Assembly: GCF_036971445.1 (NCBI RefSeq)
Contig: NC_091473.1
Coordinates: forward strand, 195,424,001-195,488,000
Length of the DNA stretch: 64,000 nt
Direction of reading: 5' to 3'
Source of the DNA: Narcine bancroftii
Taxonomy: Eukaryota
In this document: one piece after another, positions 63,194-64,000 of the stretch
Layout: each line of letters opens with the position of its first letter
Position numbering within the stretch: position 1 is the stretch's first letter
The notes under the pieces: model-generated
Database searches by the model: none
Told to the model about the DNA's origin: nothing
Seen by the model: the letters and a program-made list of their open reading frames with translations, nothing else
Translations under genes and position numbers: made by a program

Positions 63194-63409
63194 GGACGGG
63201 ACTTAGAGTTGGGCAAAGAGGCAGATGGAGTTCAATCTGGATAAGTGTAAGTTGATGAATTTTGGAAGGACAAACCAGAAGGCTGAGTACAGGGTTAAAG
63301 GACAGATACTTGAATGTGGATGAACAGAAGGACCTTGGAGTCCAGATCCATACATCCCTCAAGGTCGCCTGCCGCACAGGTTGGTAGGATGGTTAAGAAG
63401 GCCTATGGG

Positions 63410-63631
63410 GGGTGTGAGGGCAATCTGGCTGCGATATCTGTCACCCCATTGATCGTGAGGGATGATTCAGCTGATCTGGCTGGCTAGGCGGGTATCACCC
63501 TTCCTTCACAGCTCCATGTGCATCCCTCCCGAAGCTCAGAGCTCGGTCGCAGAGGATAGTCCCCTAGAAGAGGACCGCTCCGCCGGTCTAGGGTATATGA
63601 CGTAGCTACTCCCCTGCTTGTCTAAACCTCA
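63410..63631 (+). pseudogene. RN7SK: 7SK snRNA retropseudogene, 3'-truncated, with a 15-bp TSD
   Basis: GGGTGTGAGGGCAATCTGGCTGCGATATCTGTCACCCCATTGATCG...GCTGATCTGGCTGGCTAGGCGGGT...CTCCATGTGCATCCCTCCCGAAGCT... matches the vertebrate 7SK 5' portion. TSD AAGAAGGCCTATGGG at 63395-63409 and 63632-63646. No PSE/TATA, 3' hairpin or oligo-T. Confidence 0.93.
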
Positions 63632-64000
63632 AAGAAGGCCTATGGGATGCTGGGCTTCATTAGTTGGGGGATTGAATTCAGGAGTAGAGAGGTCATGTTA
63701 TAACTCTACAGATCTCTGGTGAGCCCACACTTCGAGTATTGTGTTCAGTTCTGATCACATCATTACAGGAAGGATGTGGAAGGTGTGGAGAGAGGGCAGA
63801 GGAGATTCACCAGGATGTTGCCTGGATTGGAAAATAAGTCTCATAAGGAAACTTTAGCAGAGCTGGGATTTTTTGGAGTGCATAAGGATGAGAGACTTTA
63901 AAGAGGTCGAGAAGATTATGAGAGACATAGTTAGGGTGGACAGACAGCACCTGTTTCCCAGGTCAGGAATAGCAAACACCAGAGGACACGTGTACAGAAG

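Larger units (their letters stand above)
61690..64000 (+). mobile_element. CR1 element carrying several nested insertions
   Basis: YGIQGTLAECIQNGL...VTSGV, SKFADDTKVGG, WQMEFN, LVSPHFEYCVQF. The sequence is continuous once the insertions are removed. Confidence 0.87.

Overview
Repeat-rich vertebrate genomic DNA, most likely from a cartilaginous fish (shark/ray). The organism call is an inference from the CR1/HER1-like, Rex1/Babar, Penelope-like, L1 and RTE repeat mix. There are two host genes, both on +. JTB is reconstructed by hand as five exons (20154-26841, 160 aa) and does not appear as a whole in the ORF track. A LINGO-family LRR-Ig gene has one large coding exon (46846-48645) and is closest to LINGO4; JTB and LINGO4 both lie in human 1q21.3. 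The mobile elements are two near/full-length L1 copies (one hit by three RTE insertions, the other with a 16-bp TSD), a class I ERV remnant (tRNA-Pro PBS, tandem LTR, HERV-I-like gag) abutting a Gypsy integrase, Chapaev3-, Harbinger- and Tc2-like DNA elements, and a TSD-flanked 3'-truncated 7SK retrocopy. Several multi-kb strand-biased minisatellites are also present. There are no CRISPR or prokaryotic features. The best leads are: (1) a T10 / U UUU UUA frameshift junction shared by both L1 ORF1 copies; (2) a ~35-unit array of 3' splice-site mimics directly upstream of the last JTB exon; (3) a G4-forming, possibly L2-derived minisatellite splitting the putative LINGO CpG island; (4) a strong RE1/NRSE site; (5) the tailless 7SK retrocopy. 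Family assignments come from recalled motifs, not from database searches, and none of these leads is proven to be a new system.
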